A stretch of DNA of 63,924 nucleotides, the filler included. It is 4 parts of 4 records of this genome, joined end to end, with 100 filler letters (N's around TTAATTAATTAA, not from the genome) between each part and the next. Parts side by side here need not be neighbours in the genome. Positions count along the whole stretch, not along the records: positions 16,230 to 45,365 come from SRR22947727_3375; positions 45,466 to 58,812 come from SRR22947727_3378; 2 more parts are not named here. The stretch is one strand, 5' to 3'. Shown one piece after another: positions 45,268 to 55,610 of this stretch (position 1 is the first letter of the stretch; each line of letters opens with the position of its first letter). The position numbers and the translations under genes are program-made. The notes under the pieces are model-generated. The model saw nothing but the letters and a program-made list of their open reading frames with translations. It did no database searches and was not told the origin of the DNA.

Positions 45268-45365
45268 GTCAGCCACCTTATCAAAATGCCGCACTTTGAG
45301 CTTTGTGGATGGCGAATCTCGTGTAACGTCATGTTTAATCTAGTCTGGGGGGTAACGAAATTTCA

Positions 45366-45465
45366 NNNNNNNNNNNNNNNNNNNNNNNNNNNNNNNNNNN
45401 NNNNNNNNNTTAATTAATTAANNNNNNNNNNNNNNNNNNNNNNNNNNNNNNNNNNNNNNNNNNNN
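45366..45465. other. Artificial contig spacer
   Basis: 44 N + TTAATTAATTAA + 44 N. Confidence 0.98.
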
Positions 45466-45520
45466 ACACTTTGCCCGGTGGCAACACCGGGCTGGGCAGG
45501 CGGCGGGGTCCTATGGAGGC

Positions 45521-46021
45521 CTATGGCTGGGCCTGCGACTCGGCCCGCGTGACCTTGCCCTGCACCCCATCCCAAGCCCCCGGAGCCAAGGACATGCCCA
45601 GAATGCGTTTGGGGTTGGTGGGTGGTGGCATTTCAACGCCGCTGAGCGGGCGAAATCCAAATCTTTGGTAATAGGGTGCATCCCCCACCAGCAGCACCCG
45701 GTTCCACCCAAGACCGGGCGCCAGGGCCAGGCTTTCGCGAATCAAATAGCCCCCCAGCCCCTCGCCCTGCCGGGTTGGGTGGACGGCAATGGGCCCAAGC
45801 AAGAGCGCAGGACGCTCCCCGACACAAACCGGCCAATAGCGAATGGCGCCGGCCAGAATACCATCCCGATCCCGCGCCACCTGTGACAGCGCGGCAATCG
45901 GCAGAGTTCCATCGCGCAAACGATAGGAAGACAAAGCCTCCCGGCCCGGAGCAAAGCACAAATCATACAGCGCTTCGACTTCCCACCAATCTGCGTCTGT
46001 CTCGCGGTTTAAATGAAACAC
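45521..46021 (-). CDS. GNAT N-acetyltransferase (YhbS-like)
   Basis: LLGPIAVHPTRQGEGLG, LLVGDAPYYQRFGF. Confidence 0.9.
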   Translation of the reverse strand: MFHLNRETDADWWEVEALYDLCFAPGREALSSYRLRDGTLPIAALSQVARDRDGILAGAIRYWPVCVGERPALLLGPIAVHPTRQGEGLGGYLIRESLALAPGLGWNRVLLVGDAPYYQRFGFRPLSGVEMPPPTNPKRILGMSLAPGAWDGVQGKVTRAESQAQP

Positions 46022-46093
46022 CGCCCGGTCCTCTTTCCTTTTGCAACTGGCCTAACACGCGGTTACGCTCGGCGTAAACCCAGAGGAGAGCAT

Positions 46094-46699
46094 ATGTTTT
46101 ATCGTCCCGAAGAGGGTCACGGCCTGCCGCATAACCCGTTTAATGCCATCGTGACCCCCCGGCCCATCGGTTGGATCTCAACCCAGGACGCCGCGGGCGG
46201 GCGCAACCTGGCGCCCTATTCGTTTTTCAACGCCGTGGCCTATGTGCCGCCGCAGGTGATGTTTGCATCCACCGGCGCAAAACCCGATCAGGATGGCACG
46301 AAAGACAGCGTCAGCAACATCCGCGAAACGGGGGTATTTTGCGTCAATATTGTTGAATTTGCCATGCTGGACGCGATGAATGCCTCCTCGGCAAGCCTTG
46401 GCAAGCAAGAGGATGAGTTTGCCCATGCAGGGCTTGAGGCCCTGGCCTGTGAAACCATCAAGGGGTTTCGTGTTGGCGGCGCGCCTGCCAGCCTCGAATG
46501 CAAGGTGACGCAGATCATCACCCTAGCCGGGCCGGCAAATTTTGCTGTCTTCGGGGAGGTGACCGGCGTGCATATGCGCGACGATTGTCTGGTGGATGGC
46601 CTGTTTGATGTGAAAAAGTTCAAGCCATTGGCGCGTTTAGGCTATAAAGATTACACCGTTGTGGACGATACGTTTTCCCTGAGCCGCCCGGACGATTGA
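46094..46699 (+). CDS. Flavin reductase family protein
   Basis: PRPIGWIST, NLAPYSFFN, KDS..NIRETG.F, PLARLGY; GAGGAG RBS. Confidence 0.92.
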   Translation: MFYRPEEGHGLPHNPFNAIVTPRPIGWISTQDAAGGRNLAPYSFFNAVAYVPPQVMFASTGAKPDQDGTKDSVSNIRETGVFCVNIVEFAMLDAMNASSASLGKQEDEFAHAGLEALACETIKGFRVGGAPASLECKVTQIITLAGPANFAVFGEVTGVHMRDDCLVDGLFDVKKFKPLARLGYKDYTVVDDTFSLSRPDD

Positions 46700-46725
46700 T
46701 CCGGGCCGCAAAGGTGCTTTGGAGT

Positions 46726-48357
46726 CTAATGCCCAGCGGCCAAAATGCCCGTGCGCACGCCGTAATCCACGGCGATTTGATAATCGGGGTCATCGTCACT
46801 GTCGACGATCAGATGCCCAGCCTTGCTTAGCAGGTAGTGGCAATCTTTGCTTAGGTGACGCAGTTGGATGCGCTTGCCCGCCTCTTCATATTTCAGCGCC
46901 AAGGCCTCAATCGCCTGCAGCGCCGATTGATCGGCAACCCGGCTGTCGGCAAAATCGACGATGACGGTCTGCGGATCCTCATATGGGGTAAACAGCTCTG
47001 AAAACCCCTCCGACGAGCCAAAGAACAGCGGGCCGCGGATTTTGTAAACCTTGGTGCCATCACTCTCAATCGCGCGGTTCGCATGGATGCGGGTGGCGTT
47101 TTGCCAAGCATAGGCCAGCGCTGAGACAATCACTCCAACCACAACCGCGATGGCAAGGTCAGTCATCACCGTCACGGCCGTCACCAAAATGATCACAAAA
47201 GCATCCGTCAGCGGCACTTTGCGCATGATCATCAAACTGTTCCAAGCAAATGTGCCGATCACAACCATGAACATCACGCCGACCAAGGCTGCCAGCGGAA
47301 TTTGTTCAATTAAGGGCGAGGCGACAACGATAAAAGCCAAGAGGAACAGCGCCGCCGCGATGCCCGCAATCCGCGTGCGGCCACCAGATTTAACATTGAT
47401 CATCGATTGACCGATCATAGCGCAGCCCCCCATGCCCCCAAAAAACCCGGTGACAGTGTTCGCAATGCCCTGCGCGATGCTCTCTTGGCTCGCACCGCCC
47501 CGCTTATTGGTGATGTCCCCCACAAGATTGAGCGTCAGCAGGCTTTCAATAAGCCCAATGGCGGCCAGAATACCCGCATAGGGCAGGATAATCCAAAAAG
47601 TTTCCAACGTCACAGGTACGCTGGGGATATGAAACTGCGGCAAACCGCCCTCAATACTGGCCAAATCGCCAACGCGCGGTACGTCAATGCCAAAGGCAAT
47701 CACAATCACCGCCACGATGCCAATGCCAGCCAAAGGGGCCGGAACGGCTTTGGTCAGCTTGGGCATGCCCCAGACGATCACCATGGTCAGCGCGACCAGC
47801 CCCAGCATAACCAACATAGGCAGGCCCGAAAGCCACTCCCCGCTCGACATGCCCTGCCCGGTGTTGACCACAGATCCCGGCACTTTGAACTGGGTCATCT
47901 GCGCGAGGAAAATGACAATGGCCAAGCCATTCACGAAACCCAGCATCACTGGATGCGGCACAAGCCGAATGAATTTACCCCATTTCATGATGCCAACAAA
48001 AATTTGAATAAGCCCCATAAGCACCACGGTTGCAAAAAGATATTCGACCCCGTGCTGCGCCACAAGCGCCACCATAACCACCGCCAGAGCGCCCGTTGCA
48101 CCGGAAATCATACCAGGGCGACCACCGATCAGGGCGGTGATAAGGCCAACGATGAAGGCGGCATAAAGCCCAACCAAAGGGTGCACCCCAGCGACAAAGG
48201 CAAAGGCCACCGCCTCAGGCACCAGCGCCAAAGCCACAGTGAGACCGGCCAACAGCTCGATCCGGATCCGGCCCGGGGTCAACGGCTCCCCGGCGCTCAA
48301 ATTAAAATTGGCAAAAGAAGATTTGACCGCCGATGCAGCCAATGAAACACGAGACAT
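46726..48357 (-). CDS. SulP-family anion transporter with STAS domain
   Basis: LALVPEAVAFA, GGRPGMISGATG, GGMGGCAMIGQS, GPLFFGS. Confidence 0.95.
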   Translation of the reverse strand: MSRVSLAASAVKSSFANFNLSAGEPLTPGRIRIELLAGLTVALALVPEAVAFAFVAGVHPLVGLYAAFIVGLITALIGGRPGMISGATGALAVVMVALVAQHGVEYLFATVVLMGLIQIFVGIMKWGKFIRLVPHPVMLGFVNGLAIVIFLAQMTQFKVPGSVVNTGQGMSSGEWLSGLPMLVMLGLVALTMVIVWGMPKLTKAVPAPLAGIGIVAVIVIAFGIDVPRVGDLASIEGGLPQFHIPSVPVTLETFWIILPYAGILAAIGLIESLLTLNLVGDITNKRGGASQESIAQGIANTVTGFFGGMGGCAMIGQSMINVKSGGRTRIAGIAAALFLLAFIVVASPLIEQIPLAALVGVMFMVVIGTFAWNSLMIMRKVPLTDAFVIILVTAVTVMTDLAIAVVVGVIVSALAYAWQNATRIHANRAIESDGTKVYKIRGPLFFGSSEGFSELFTPYEDPQTVIVDFADSRVADQSALQAIEALALKYEEAGKRIQLRHLSKDCHYLLSKAGHLIVDSDDDPDYQIAVDYGVRTGILAAGH

Positions 48358-48539
48358 AATGGAAACCTTTTTGTCGAACAGTCGAAACCTTGCCGCCTCA
48401 TATCATATATATCGCGGAGGTCACGGAATTCTTAACCTGCTGGGAAATTTTGAACACAATGGCGTGGTCTACGACTGGCGCGGCGCATAAAAACATGTAA
48501 CAAAATGAAGACTCTTTGGCATTTTTAAGGACGCAAGCG

Positions 48540-49415
48540 ATGAGCAAAACAAAAATTGGCGTGATTGGTGGCTCCGGGATTTACGAAATTGACGGGTTGC
48601 AAAACCCCAAATGGCAACAGGTCGAGAGCCCTTGGGGCACAGCTTCCGATGAGCTGCTCACAGGAGAGTTGGACGGTGTCGAAATGGTGTTTTTGCCGCG
48701 ACATGGGCGCGGCCATGTCCATGCCCCCAGTGATGTGCCCTATCGCGCCAATATTGACGCTCTCAAACGGCTTGGGGTCACGGATGTCATCGCCGTGAGC
48801 GCCTGCGGCTCGTTTCGCGATGCGATGGCACCGGGGCATTTTGTGATTGTGGATCAATTTATTGATCGCACGCGGCAGCGCGCCAGCTCCTTCTTCTCCA
48901 GCGGTTGCGTGGGTCATGTCAGCCTCGCCCATCCCACCTGCCCGCGGCTATCGGCGGCCTGCGCTGAGGCGGCAAGGGCGGAGGGGATCACCGTGCATGA
49001 GGGTGGCACATATCTGGCGATGGAAGGGCCGCAATTTTCGACCCTGGCTGAAAGCCGCATGTACCGTGAAAGATGGGGGGCGGATGTGATCGGGATGACC
49101 AATATGCCAGAGGCAAAACTCGCGCGCGAAGCCGAGTTATGCTATGCCTCTGTGGCCATGATCACTGACTATGACAGCTGGCACCCAGACCATGGGGAGG
49201 TCGATGTGACGGATATCATCAAAACCCTCATGGGCAATTCAGCGCAGGCCAAGGGGATGGTGGCGCGCCTGCCGCAGCTTTTAGGTGAAACCCGCGACGC
49301 CTGCCCACATGGCTGTGACAGGGCGCTGGAATATGCCATACTCACCGCCCCAGAAGCCCGCGATCCTGTTTTGGTCGGCAAGCTCGATGCGGTGGCCGGG
49401 CGGGTTTTGCGCTAA
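48540..49415 (+). CDS. mtnP: S-methyl-5'-thioadenosine phosphorylase
   Basis: [44 protein letters not shown]. Confidence 0.95.
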   Translation: MSKTKIGVIGGSGIYEIDGLQNPKWQQVESPWGTASDELLTGELDGVEMVFLPRHGRGHVHAPSDVPYRANIDALKRLGVTDVIAVSACGSFRDAMAPGHFVIVDQFIDRTRQRASSFFSSGCVGHVSLAHPTCPRLSAACAEAARAEGITVHEGGTYLAMEGPQFSTLAESRMYRERWGADVIGMTNMPEAKLAREAELCYASVAMITDYDSWHPDHGEVDVTDIIKTLMGNSAQAKGMVARLPQLLGETRDACPHGCDRALEYAILTAPEARDPVLVGKLDAVAGRVLR

Positions 49416-49501
49416 AGCGCCATCCTGCAAGGCATCGCAAATTGGGGCTCGTTTCTGTCGCCAGAGCTGCTATGACGGGCGCGCCATATGAGGAATGCAC
49501 C

Positions 49502-50032
49502 ATGAAGACCGTGAAAGACTATATCCGTACCATCCCTGATTTCCCCCATGAGGGGATCATGTTCCGCGATGTCACCACACTTTTTGCCGACCCGCGCGGC
49601 CTGCGTTTGGCGATTGATCAGCTGGTGCATCCCTATGCAGGTGTCCAGGTGGATAAAATCGTCGGCCTTGAGGCCCGCGGTTTCATTCTTGGCGGTGCGA
49701 TTGCCCACCAACTGGGAAAAGGTTTTGTCCCAATCCGCAAGCAGGGCAAGCTGCCCGGCAAGACCCTGTCACAGGCCTATACATTGGAATATGGCGAAGC
49801 GGTGATGGAAATCCATGAAGACGCCATTGAACCGGGTGAAAAGGTTTTGGTGGTTGATGATCTTTTGGCCACGGGCGGAACCGCGGTGGCGGGCCTCAAG
49901 CTCTTGGAGCGTCTCGGCGCCGATGTCATCGGATGCGCGTTTGTTATTGATCTGCCAGATCTTGGCGGCCGACGTGTTCTGGAGGGTCTGGACATGCCGG
50001 TCCATTGCCTCTGCTCTTACGAGGGCGTTTAG
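49502..50032 (+). CDS. apt: Adenine phosphoribosyltransferase
   Basis: [41 protein letters not shown]. Confidence 0.97.
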   Translation: MKTVKDYIRTIPDFPHEGIMFRDVTTLFADPRGLRLAIDQLVHPYAGVQVDKIVGLEARGFILGGAIAHQLGKGFVPIRKQGKLPGKTLSQAYTLEYGEAVMEIHEDAIEPGEKVLVVDDLLATGGTAVAGLKLLERLGADVIGCAFVIDLPDLGGRRVLEGLDMPVHCLCSYEGV

Positions 50033-50616
50033 CCCGCCTCTGTTTTTCCGCGTCGGTCAAAGCGGATCGCGGCATAAAGCACATGGGTGCGCCAGCGCCC
50101 CGCGATTTGCAAATAACTCTGCGCCACGCCTTCATATTTAAAGCCGCAGCTCTCCAGCAAACCGCGTGAGGCTTGGTTTTCCGGCAAGCAGGCCGCTTCA
50201 ATTCGGCTGAGATCCAGCTTGCGAAACGCATGGGCCACCAGCCCGGTGACCGCCTCGCGCATATAGCCCTGACGCGCGAATCTCTCGCCGGTCCAATATC
50301 CCAAAGTGCCCGCCTGAGCCGGGCCTCTGCGGATATTGTCCAATGTGACCGCCCCGACCAGCGCCTGATCGGTCTTGCGAACCAAAAACAAAGGGCAACC
50401 TGAGCCATTTTTGACCGCGCGCTGTGCCCAATACACACGCGCCGTAAAGTTTCGCCGGGTCAAATGCTCCTCTGACCAAACCGGATCCCAAGGAGACAGG
50501 AAATCGCGACTGTCGCTGCGCAGATCCACCCAAGCGCGGAAGTCATTGTGTTGAGGCAACCGCAGGATCAGCCGGTCCGTCTCGCACACAGGCTTGGAAT
50601 TACGGGCAAACATCAC
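50029..50616 (-). CDS. rimJ: Ribosomal-protein-alanine N-acetyltransferase RimJ-like
   Basis: [35 protein letters not shown]. Confidence 0.88.
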   Translation of the reverse strand: MMFARNSKPVCETDRLILRLPQHNDFRAWVDLRSDSRDFLSPWDPVWSEEHLTRRNFTARVYWAQRAVKNGSGCPLFLVRKTDQALVGAVTLDNIRRGPAQAGTLGYWTGERFARQGYMREAVTGLVAHAFRKLDLSRIEAACLPENQASRGLLESCGFKYEGVAQSYLQIAGRWRTHVLYAAIRFDRRGKTEAG

Positions 50617-51879
50617 TCACGCCACCAATCTGGCCTGCAGTGCCACAATGTCGGGCGCATCGCTCACCGGTCCGTAAAGCGCCATAGCCGCGGGCGCACC
50701 GTCTGACATAGCTCCCGCATAGCCGCGCACGGCCTCCACGCTGACCGCATCAATTTGCGCCACGACCTCGTCTAAAACAGGGATGCGATCCCAAATCGAG
50801 ATCATCCGTGCCAGACGCTCCGCCCGCGCAGAGGGGCTTTCCAGCCCCATCAACATGCCCGCCTTCATCTGGGCCCGTGCCCGGGCAACTTCAACTTCGC
50901 TCATATCTTCCGCCGCACGTTTCAGCTCATCTACGGTGATATGCGCCAAATCCGCCAGCTTATCGCCAGAGGTCCCAGCATAGAGTGTCATTGTGCCCGT
51001 GTCGCAATAGGCGCCGGCACTGGCAAAAATAGAATAGCACAGGCCACGCTTTTCGCGCACCTCTTGAAACAGCCGGGACGACATGCCACCGCCGAAAGCT
51101 GACGAAAAAATCTGAGCCGTGTAGATATCGGGATCTTTGTAATTCGGGCTTTCAAAGGACAAAGCAAAATGCGCCTGCTCAAGATCTTTCACACGGCGCA
51201 TTTCCCCACCCTGAAATTGCGCCGGCGTCACCTGTGCCTGCGCCCGCGCGGTCAAATCGCCAAAAATATCCTCACATTGACGCAAAATTTCCGCATGATC
51301 TACCGCTCCGGCCGCCGCCAGAACCATTTGATCGGGGCTATAATGCTCACGGACAAATTGCGACAGGTCCGTTTTTTTAAAGTGAGCCACCCGCTCCTCT
51401 GGCCCTAGAATTGATCTCCCAATGGCCTGACCGGGATAAGAGACCTCTTGCAGCCAATCAAAGATGATATCATCTGGAGTATCCAGTGTTTGGCCGATCT
51501 CAGAGAGGATGACCCCACGCTCAACTTCAATCTCCGCCGGATCAAAAACCGAATTGAGCACAATATCTGAAATCACATCCAGGGCCAAAGGCACATCGCC
51601 CTGCAATACCCGGGCATAATAGGCGGTCATCTCGCGGCTGGTATAGGCATTGATATACCCGCCCACATCCTCAATCGCCTCAGCAATTTGCACCGAACTG
51701 CGCCGCGCTGTCCCCTTAAAAGCCATATGCTCAAGAAAATGCGCAATGCCATTTTGTTCAATGCGCTCATGGCGGCCGCCGGCGTTGACCCATATGCCGA
51801 CAGAGGCAGATTTCAGCCCCGGCATATGCTCGGTGACGATGCGCAAGCCATTTTTCAGGCGATGGGTTTGGACGGTCAA
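50617..51879 (-). CDS. M16 (pitrilysin/MPP-like) zinc peptidase
   Basis: HFLEHMAFKGT (HxxEH), GGGMSSRLFQEVRE.RGL.Y. Confidence 0.95.
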   Translation of the reverse strand: MTVQTHRLKNGLRIVTEHMPGLKSASVGIWVNAGGRHERIEQNGIAHFLEHMAFKGTARRSSVQIAEAIEDVGGYINAYTSREMTAYYARVLQGDVPLALDVISDIVLNSVFDPAEIEVERGVILSEIGQTLDTPDDIIFDWLQEVSYPGQAIGRSILGPEERVAHFKKTDLSQFVREHYSPDQMVLAAAGAVDHAEILRQCEDIFGDLTARAQAQVTPAQFQGGEMRRVKDLEQAHFALSFESPNYKDPDIYTAQIFSSAFGGGMSSRLFQEVREKRGLCYSIFASAGAYCDTGTMTLYAGTSGDKLADLAHITVDELKRAAEDMSEVEVARARAQMKAGMLMGLESPSARAERLARMISIWDRIPVLDEVVAQIDAVSVEAVRGYAGAMSDGAPAAMALYGPVSDAPDIVALQARLVA

Positions 51880-53261
51880 AGGGCTATACGCTCGCGAACT
51901 AGAGATTTCATAAGTTGCAAATCATTGGGCATTTCGGTCACGCGCTCATCGCGGTCAAACAAATCAGCCAACCACCGTGGCAACGCGGGCCGCAGGCCCA
52001 TGGCCGCTTCCACAGCGTCCGGAAATTTTGCCGGATGTGCCGTTGCCAGCGTGACCATCGGAGAGCTTCCCAAATGTTCCTCGGCCACTTTCACCCCGAC
52101 GGCGGAATGCGGACAGAGCACTTCGCCGGTGGCGGCAAAGAAGCTTTGGATGGTGGCGCTGGTTTGCTCATCGGAGCTGCGGCCACTGTCAAAATGCGCG
52201 CGCAAGGCTTGTAAGGCCCCCTGGCTGATGCCGAAACCGCCCTGCTTCATCTCTCCCATCAGCTGCGCCACAGCAGCGCCATCTCGGTCATAGGCATCAA
52301 AGAGCGCCCGCTCAAAATTCGAGGACACTTCGATATCCATGGAGGGGGTAATGGTCGGAAAGACTTGATCGGTGTCATAGCGTCCGGTGTTTATGGCGCG
52401 GTGCAAGATATCATTTCGGTTAGTGGCAATCACCAAACGGTCAATCGGCAGCCCCATGCGCTTGGCGATATAGCCGGCAAAAATATCTCCAAAGTTACCC
52501 GTGGGGACGGTGAAGGAGATCTTACGGTGCGGGGCGCCTAGGCTGGTTGCGGCGCTAAAATAATATACCACTTGCGCCAAAACCCGGGCCCAGTTGATTG
52601 AGTTGACCCCAGCCAGTTTCACCCCATCGCGGAATTCAAAGTCGTTGAACATATCTTTGAGCATGGCTTGGCAGGTGTCAAATGTGCCCTCCATTGCAAT
52701 GGCGTGGACATTGGCCTCGACCGGTGTGGTCATTTGGCGGCGCTGCACCTCTGAGACCCGGCCATTGGGAAAGAGAATAAATACATTGGCGGCATCCAAG
52801 CCGCGAAAAGCCTCAATCGCAGCCGACCCGGTGTCGCCAGAGGTGGCTCCGACGATGGTCACCTGCTCGCCGCGCCGGGCGAGTGCCTTTTGAAACAGCT
52901 GACCAATCAGCTGCATGGCAAAATCCTTAAAGGCCAGCGTTGGGCCATGGAACAGCTCAAGCAGATGATGGTTTGGACCCAATTGCACCAATGGCGCACG
53001 TGCGGCATGGCCAAAACTCGCATAGGCCGTTGTAATCGCATCCATCAACTCGGAATCGCTGAAACAATCGCCCACAAAGGGCTTCATCACGCGAAAAGCG
53101 ATCTCCTCATAGGGTTGGCCGGCCAGCGCCGCAATATCGTTGGCACTCATCTGCGGGATGTTTTGCGGCACGTAAAGCCCGCCGTCTCGCGCCAGTCCAC
53201 TCAACATGGCCTCTTCGAATGATAAAACAGGCGCATTCCCGCGGGTTGAGATGTATTTCAT
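51876..53261 (-). CDS. thrC: Threonine synthase
   Basis: MKYISTRG, ELFHGPTLAFKD, ATSGDTG, NSINWAR, TAHPAKF. Confidence 0.97.
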   Translation of the reverse strand: MKYISTRGNAPVLSFEEAMLSGLARDGGLYVPQNIPQMSANDIAALAGQPYEEIAFRVMKPFVGDCFSDSELMDAITTAYASFGHAARAPLVQLGPNHHLLELFHGPTLAFKDFAMQLIGQLFQKALARRGEQVTIVGATSGDTGSAAIEAFRGLDAANVFILFPNGRVSEVQRRQMTTPVEANVHAIAMEGTFDTCQAMLKDMFNDFEFRDGVKLAGVNSINWARVLAQVVYYFSAATSLGAPHRKISFTVPTGNFGDIFAGYIAKRMGLPIDRLVIATNRNDILHRAINTGRYDTDQVFPTITPSMDIEVSSNFERALFDAYDRDGAAVAQLMGEMKQGGFGISQGALQALRAHFDSGRSSDEQTSATIQSFFAATGEVLCPHSAVGVKVAEEHLGSSPMVTLATAHPAKFPDAVEAAMGLRPALPRWLADLFDRDERVTEMPNDLQLMKSLVRERIAL

Positions 53262-53271
53262 TGCCTTGGCC

Positions 53272-53946
53272 CTAAGTTTTGATGTTACGGGATCGGTAAA
53301 GGAAATATCCAGACATTCCAAGCCAGATTAATGCCAAAGAAAACCAGGTCAGCGCATAATTGAGATGGTCATTTGGGATATTGGCACTCATTTTCGGCAA
53401 GGGTGTGGCCGCGTCATCGGCAAAGCTGCTGCTCCGCAGCACCAATAAGATTGGCTCAGTCTGCAAATACGCGGATAATGCGCGCACATCTCGGGCAAAC
53501 CATATGTTCGCTGCAAGATCATTGTCAGGGGTAAAGCTGTCAATTTCCTGTGGCCACTGTAGATTGCCCGTCACTTGGCCAGATCCCTCAGGTATCGCAG
53601 GCATATCGGCGCGCACCGATGCAAACCCACGATCCACTATGATCTTACGGCCATCACTCAGCTCAAAGGCATTGATCAATCTATAGCCTGCACCATATAT
53701 TTTTTGCGACACGAGGACACGGACCGTGTGATCTCCGATATATTGCCCTGTGCCACGCACGGGCAGAAGATCATGGGTGGCAGGCGCGACCTGGGCGGGA
53801 ATATCAATGGCGGGCGCCAAAATCTTGCGCTCAATCTGCGCCAGAATTTCGGTTTTCCAGGCCAAGCGCTGCAATTGCCAGACGCCCAGCCCCAATAAGA
53901 CAGCCGTGCCCACTGCGCCCAATAAGATCATGCCCCAATACCGCAT
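53272..53946 (-). CDS. surf1: SURF1 cytochrome oxidase biogenesis protein
   Basis: LG.WQLQRL.WK, VDRGF, NDHLNYALTWFSLA. Confidence 0.95.
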   Translation of the reverse strand: MRYWGMILLGAVGTAVLLGLGVWQLQRLAWKTEILAQIERKILAPAIDIPAQVAPATHDLLPVRGTGQYIGDHTVRVLVSQKIYGAGYRLINAFELSDGRKIIVDRGFASVRADMPAIPEGSGQVTGNLQWPQEIDSFTPDNDLAANIWFARDVRALSAYLQTEPILLVLRSSSFADDAATPLPKMSANIPNDHLNYALTWFSLALIWLGMSGYFLYRSRNIKT

Positions 53947-54033
53947 TTCATCCCCTTCAAAGTGCAAAAAGGGCAGCTGCACGCCGCCCTTCTCATAAAG
54001 TGATCACCGCGCCGAAGCGCCGGCAAGGCCGAT

Positions 54034-54837
54034 TTAGCCAGCCCAAAGATAGACGGCTGCGAACAAAAAGAGCCAAACCACATCCACGAAGTGCCAATAC
54101 CAGGCTGCAGCCTCAAAACCCACATGGCTTTGCGGTGTGAAATGACCCTTGTTGGCGCGGATCAAACAGACCAGAAGGAAGATTGTCCCAATCAGAACAT
54201 GCATGCCGTGGAAGCCTGTGGCCATAAAGAAGTTGGCGAAGGTGATCTCACCAGAGAACGTCCAGCCATCAACAACCAGCAATGCATAGTACTCATAGAC
54301 CTGAAATGCAGTGAAAACAGCGCCAAAAGCAATCGCCAGGATCAACCCCATGCGCAGGTCTTTGCGGTTGTTGTCATGCACCAAAGCGTGGTGGGCCCAG
54401 GTGGCGGCACATCCTGAGATCAAAAGCAGAAGCGTGTTGATCAAGGGCAATTCGAAGGCGTTGATTTGGTGAAACTCGGGCTTCACATATTCCGTGCCGA
54501 CATATTCATACATCGGATACAGCTGATGCTTAAAGAAGCTCCAGAACCAAGCTGAGAAGAACATGATTTCAGACATAATGAACAAGATGAAGCCATAGCG
54601 CAGGCCAATTTGCACAACGGGCGTGTGATCGCCCACATGGCTTTCAGCCACAACTTCGCTCCACCATGCGTACATGATGTAGAGCACGCCAACAAAGCCG
54701 GCCAAGAAGATGTAGGGTCCGTTGTCATGCATCCAGAGGATCGCCCCTGTCAGCATCACCAAAGCCGACAATGAGCCCAGAAGCGGGTTCACCGAAGGGG
54801 GAAGGATGTGATAATCGTGGTTCTTTTCATGTGCCAT
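54034..54837 (-). CDS. ctaE: Cytochrome c oxidase subunit III
   Basis: [31 protein letters not shown]. Confidence 0.97.
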   Translation of the reverse strand: MAHEKNHDYHILPPSVNPLLGSLSALVMLTGAILWMHDNGPYIFLAGFVGVLYIMYAWWSEVVAESHVGDHTPVVQIGLRYGFILFIMSEIMFFSAWFWSFFKHQLYPMYEYVGTEYVKPEFHQINAFELPLINTLLLLISGCAATWAHHALVHDNNRKDLRMGLILAIAFGAVFTAFQVYEYYALLVVDGWTFSGEITFANFFMATGFHGMHVLIGTIFLLVCLIRANKGHFTPQSHVGFEAAAWYWHFVDVVWLFLFAAVYLWAG

Positions 54838-54855
54838 AGTTGGGCCTCGTCGAAC

Positions 54856-55425
54856 TTAGTTTCGTTTTATGGGTGTATCGATCTGCAACGCAGCCTGCGC
54901 CTCAGGCAAATCAATTTCGTGGAACGTATACGATAAAGTAATCGTATGGATATACTTACCTTCTGTGTCATCCACAATTTCAGGATCAACATAGAAAGTC
55001 ACGGGCATCTGGACCCGCTCACCAGGCATCAACAGCTGCTCTTCGAAGCAAAAACAATCGATTTTGGTGAAAAAGCCGCCCGCTTGGTAGGGAGTGACAT
55101 TATAGCTGGCCGATCCGGCAATGGGCCGGTCGGTGGGATTATAGGCCTCATAAAAGGCCAGACCGGTTTCACCGATTTTCAATTCCATCGTGCGTTCAAC
55201 GGGTTTGAAGCGCCATTTCATGTCTTTGTCGACAGAGGCGTCAAAGCGAATCTTGATGGTTTCATCCAAGATCGTCTCGCTGCCCAAATCGGCCGTGCCT
55301 GTCACACCGCCAAAGCCTGTAACCCGGCAAAACCAGTCATAAAAGGGCACACTGGCCCAAGCCAGGCTCCCCATCAGCACCACAACAGACAAAGTTTGGG
55401 TGAGGGTTTTGGTCTTTGGCGTCAC
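54856..55425 (-). CDS. ctaG: Cytochrome c oxidase assembly protein Cox11
   Basis: VPFYDWFCRVTGFGG, KIDCFCF, ITLSYTF. Confidence 0.96.
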   Translation of the reverse strand: MTPKTKTLTQTLSVVVLMGSLAWASVPFYDWFCRVTGFGGVTGTADLGSETILDETIKIRFDASVDKDMKWRFKPVERTMELKIGETGLAFYEAYNPTDRPIAGSASYNVTPYQAGGFFTKIDCFCFEEQLLMPGERVQMPVTFYVDPEIVDDTEGKYIHTITLSYTFHEIDLPEAQAALQIDTPIKRN

Positions 55426-55610
55426 TGGCTCGCCTCCTCGGTCACCGATGCACGCGGTGCGTGGTCATATCCCTCGACCGGACCCGTATTGGTGATCTTC
55501 ACCAAGCTCAGCACCGTGACCAAGCCGATAAACAGCACCAAACAAATCGCCACGCCAAGGTTTTGACTGCGTCGGCGCCTATGCATATCTGTTTCAACAC
55601 GAAAACTCAT
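55422..55610 (-). CDS. Small membrane protein of the cta operon
   Basis: 62 aa, RRRSQNLG plus a TM helix; TGA-overlapped on both sides between ctaB and ctaG. Confidence 0.85.
   Translation of the reverse strand: MSFRVETDMHRRRRSQNLGVAICLVLFIGLVTVLSLVKITNTGPVEGYDHAPRASVTEEASQ

Noticed and set aside
1-45365. Prophage carrying phosphonate genes as auxiliary metabolic genes
   Set aside because: The phage and phn contigs are separated by an artificial spacer and differ in composition and translation signals.
47407-48345. 312-aa plus-strand ORF, and similar long antisense ORFs (e.g. 56580-57392, 54946-55566, 59548-60195)
   Set aside because: Shadow frames of well-supported genes in GC-rich DNA, with no recognisable motifs.
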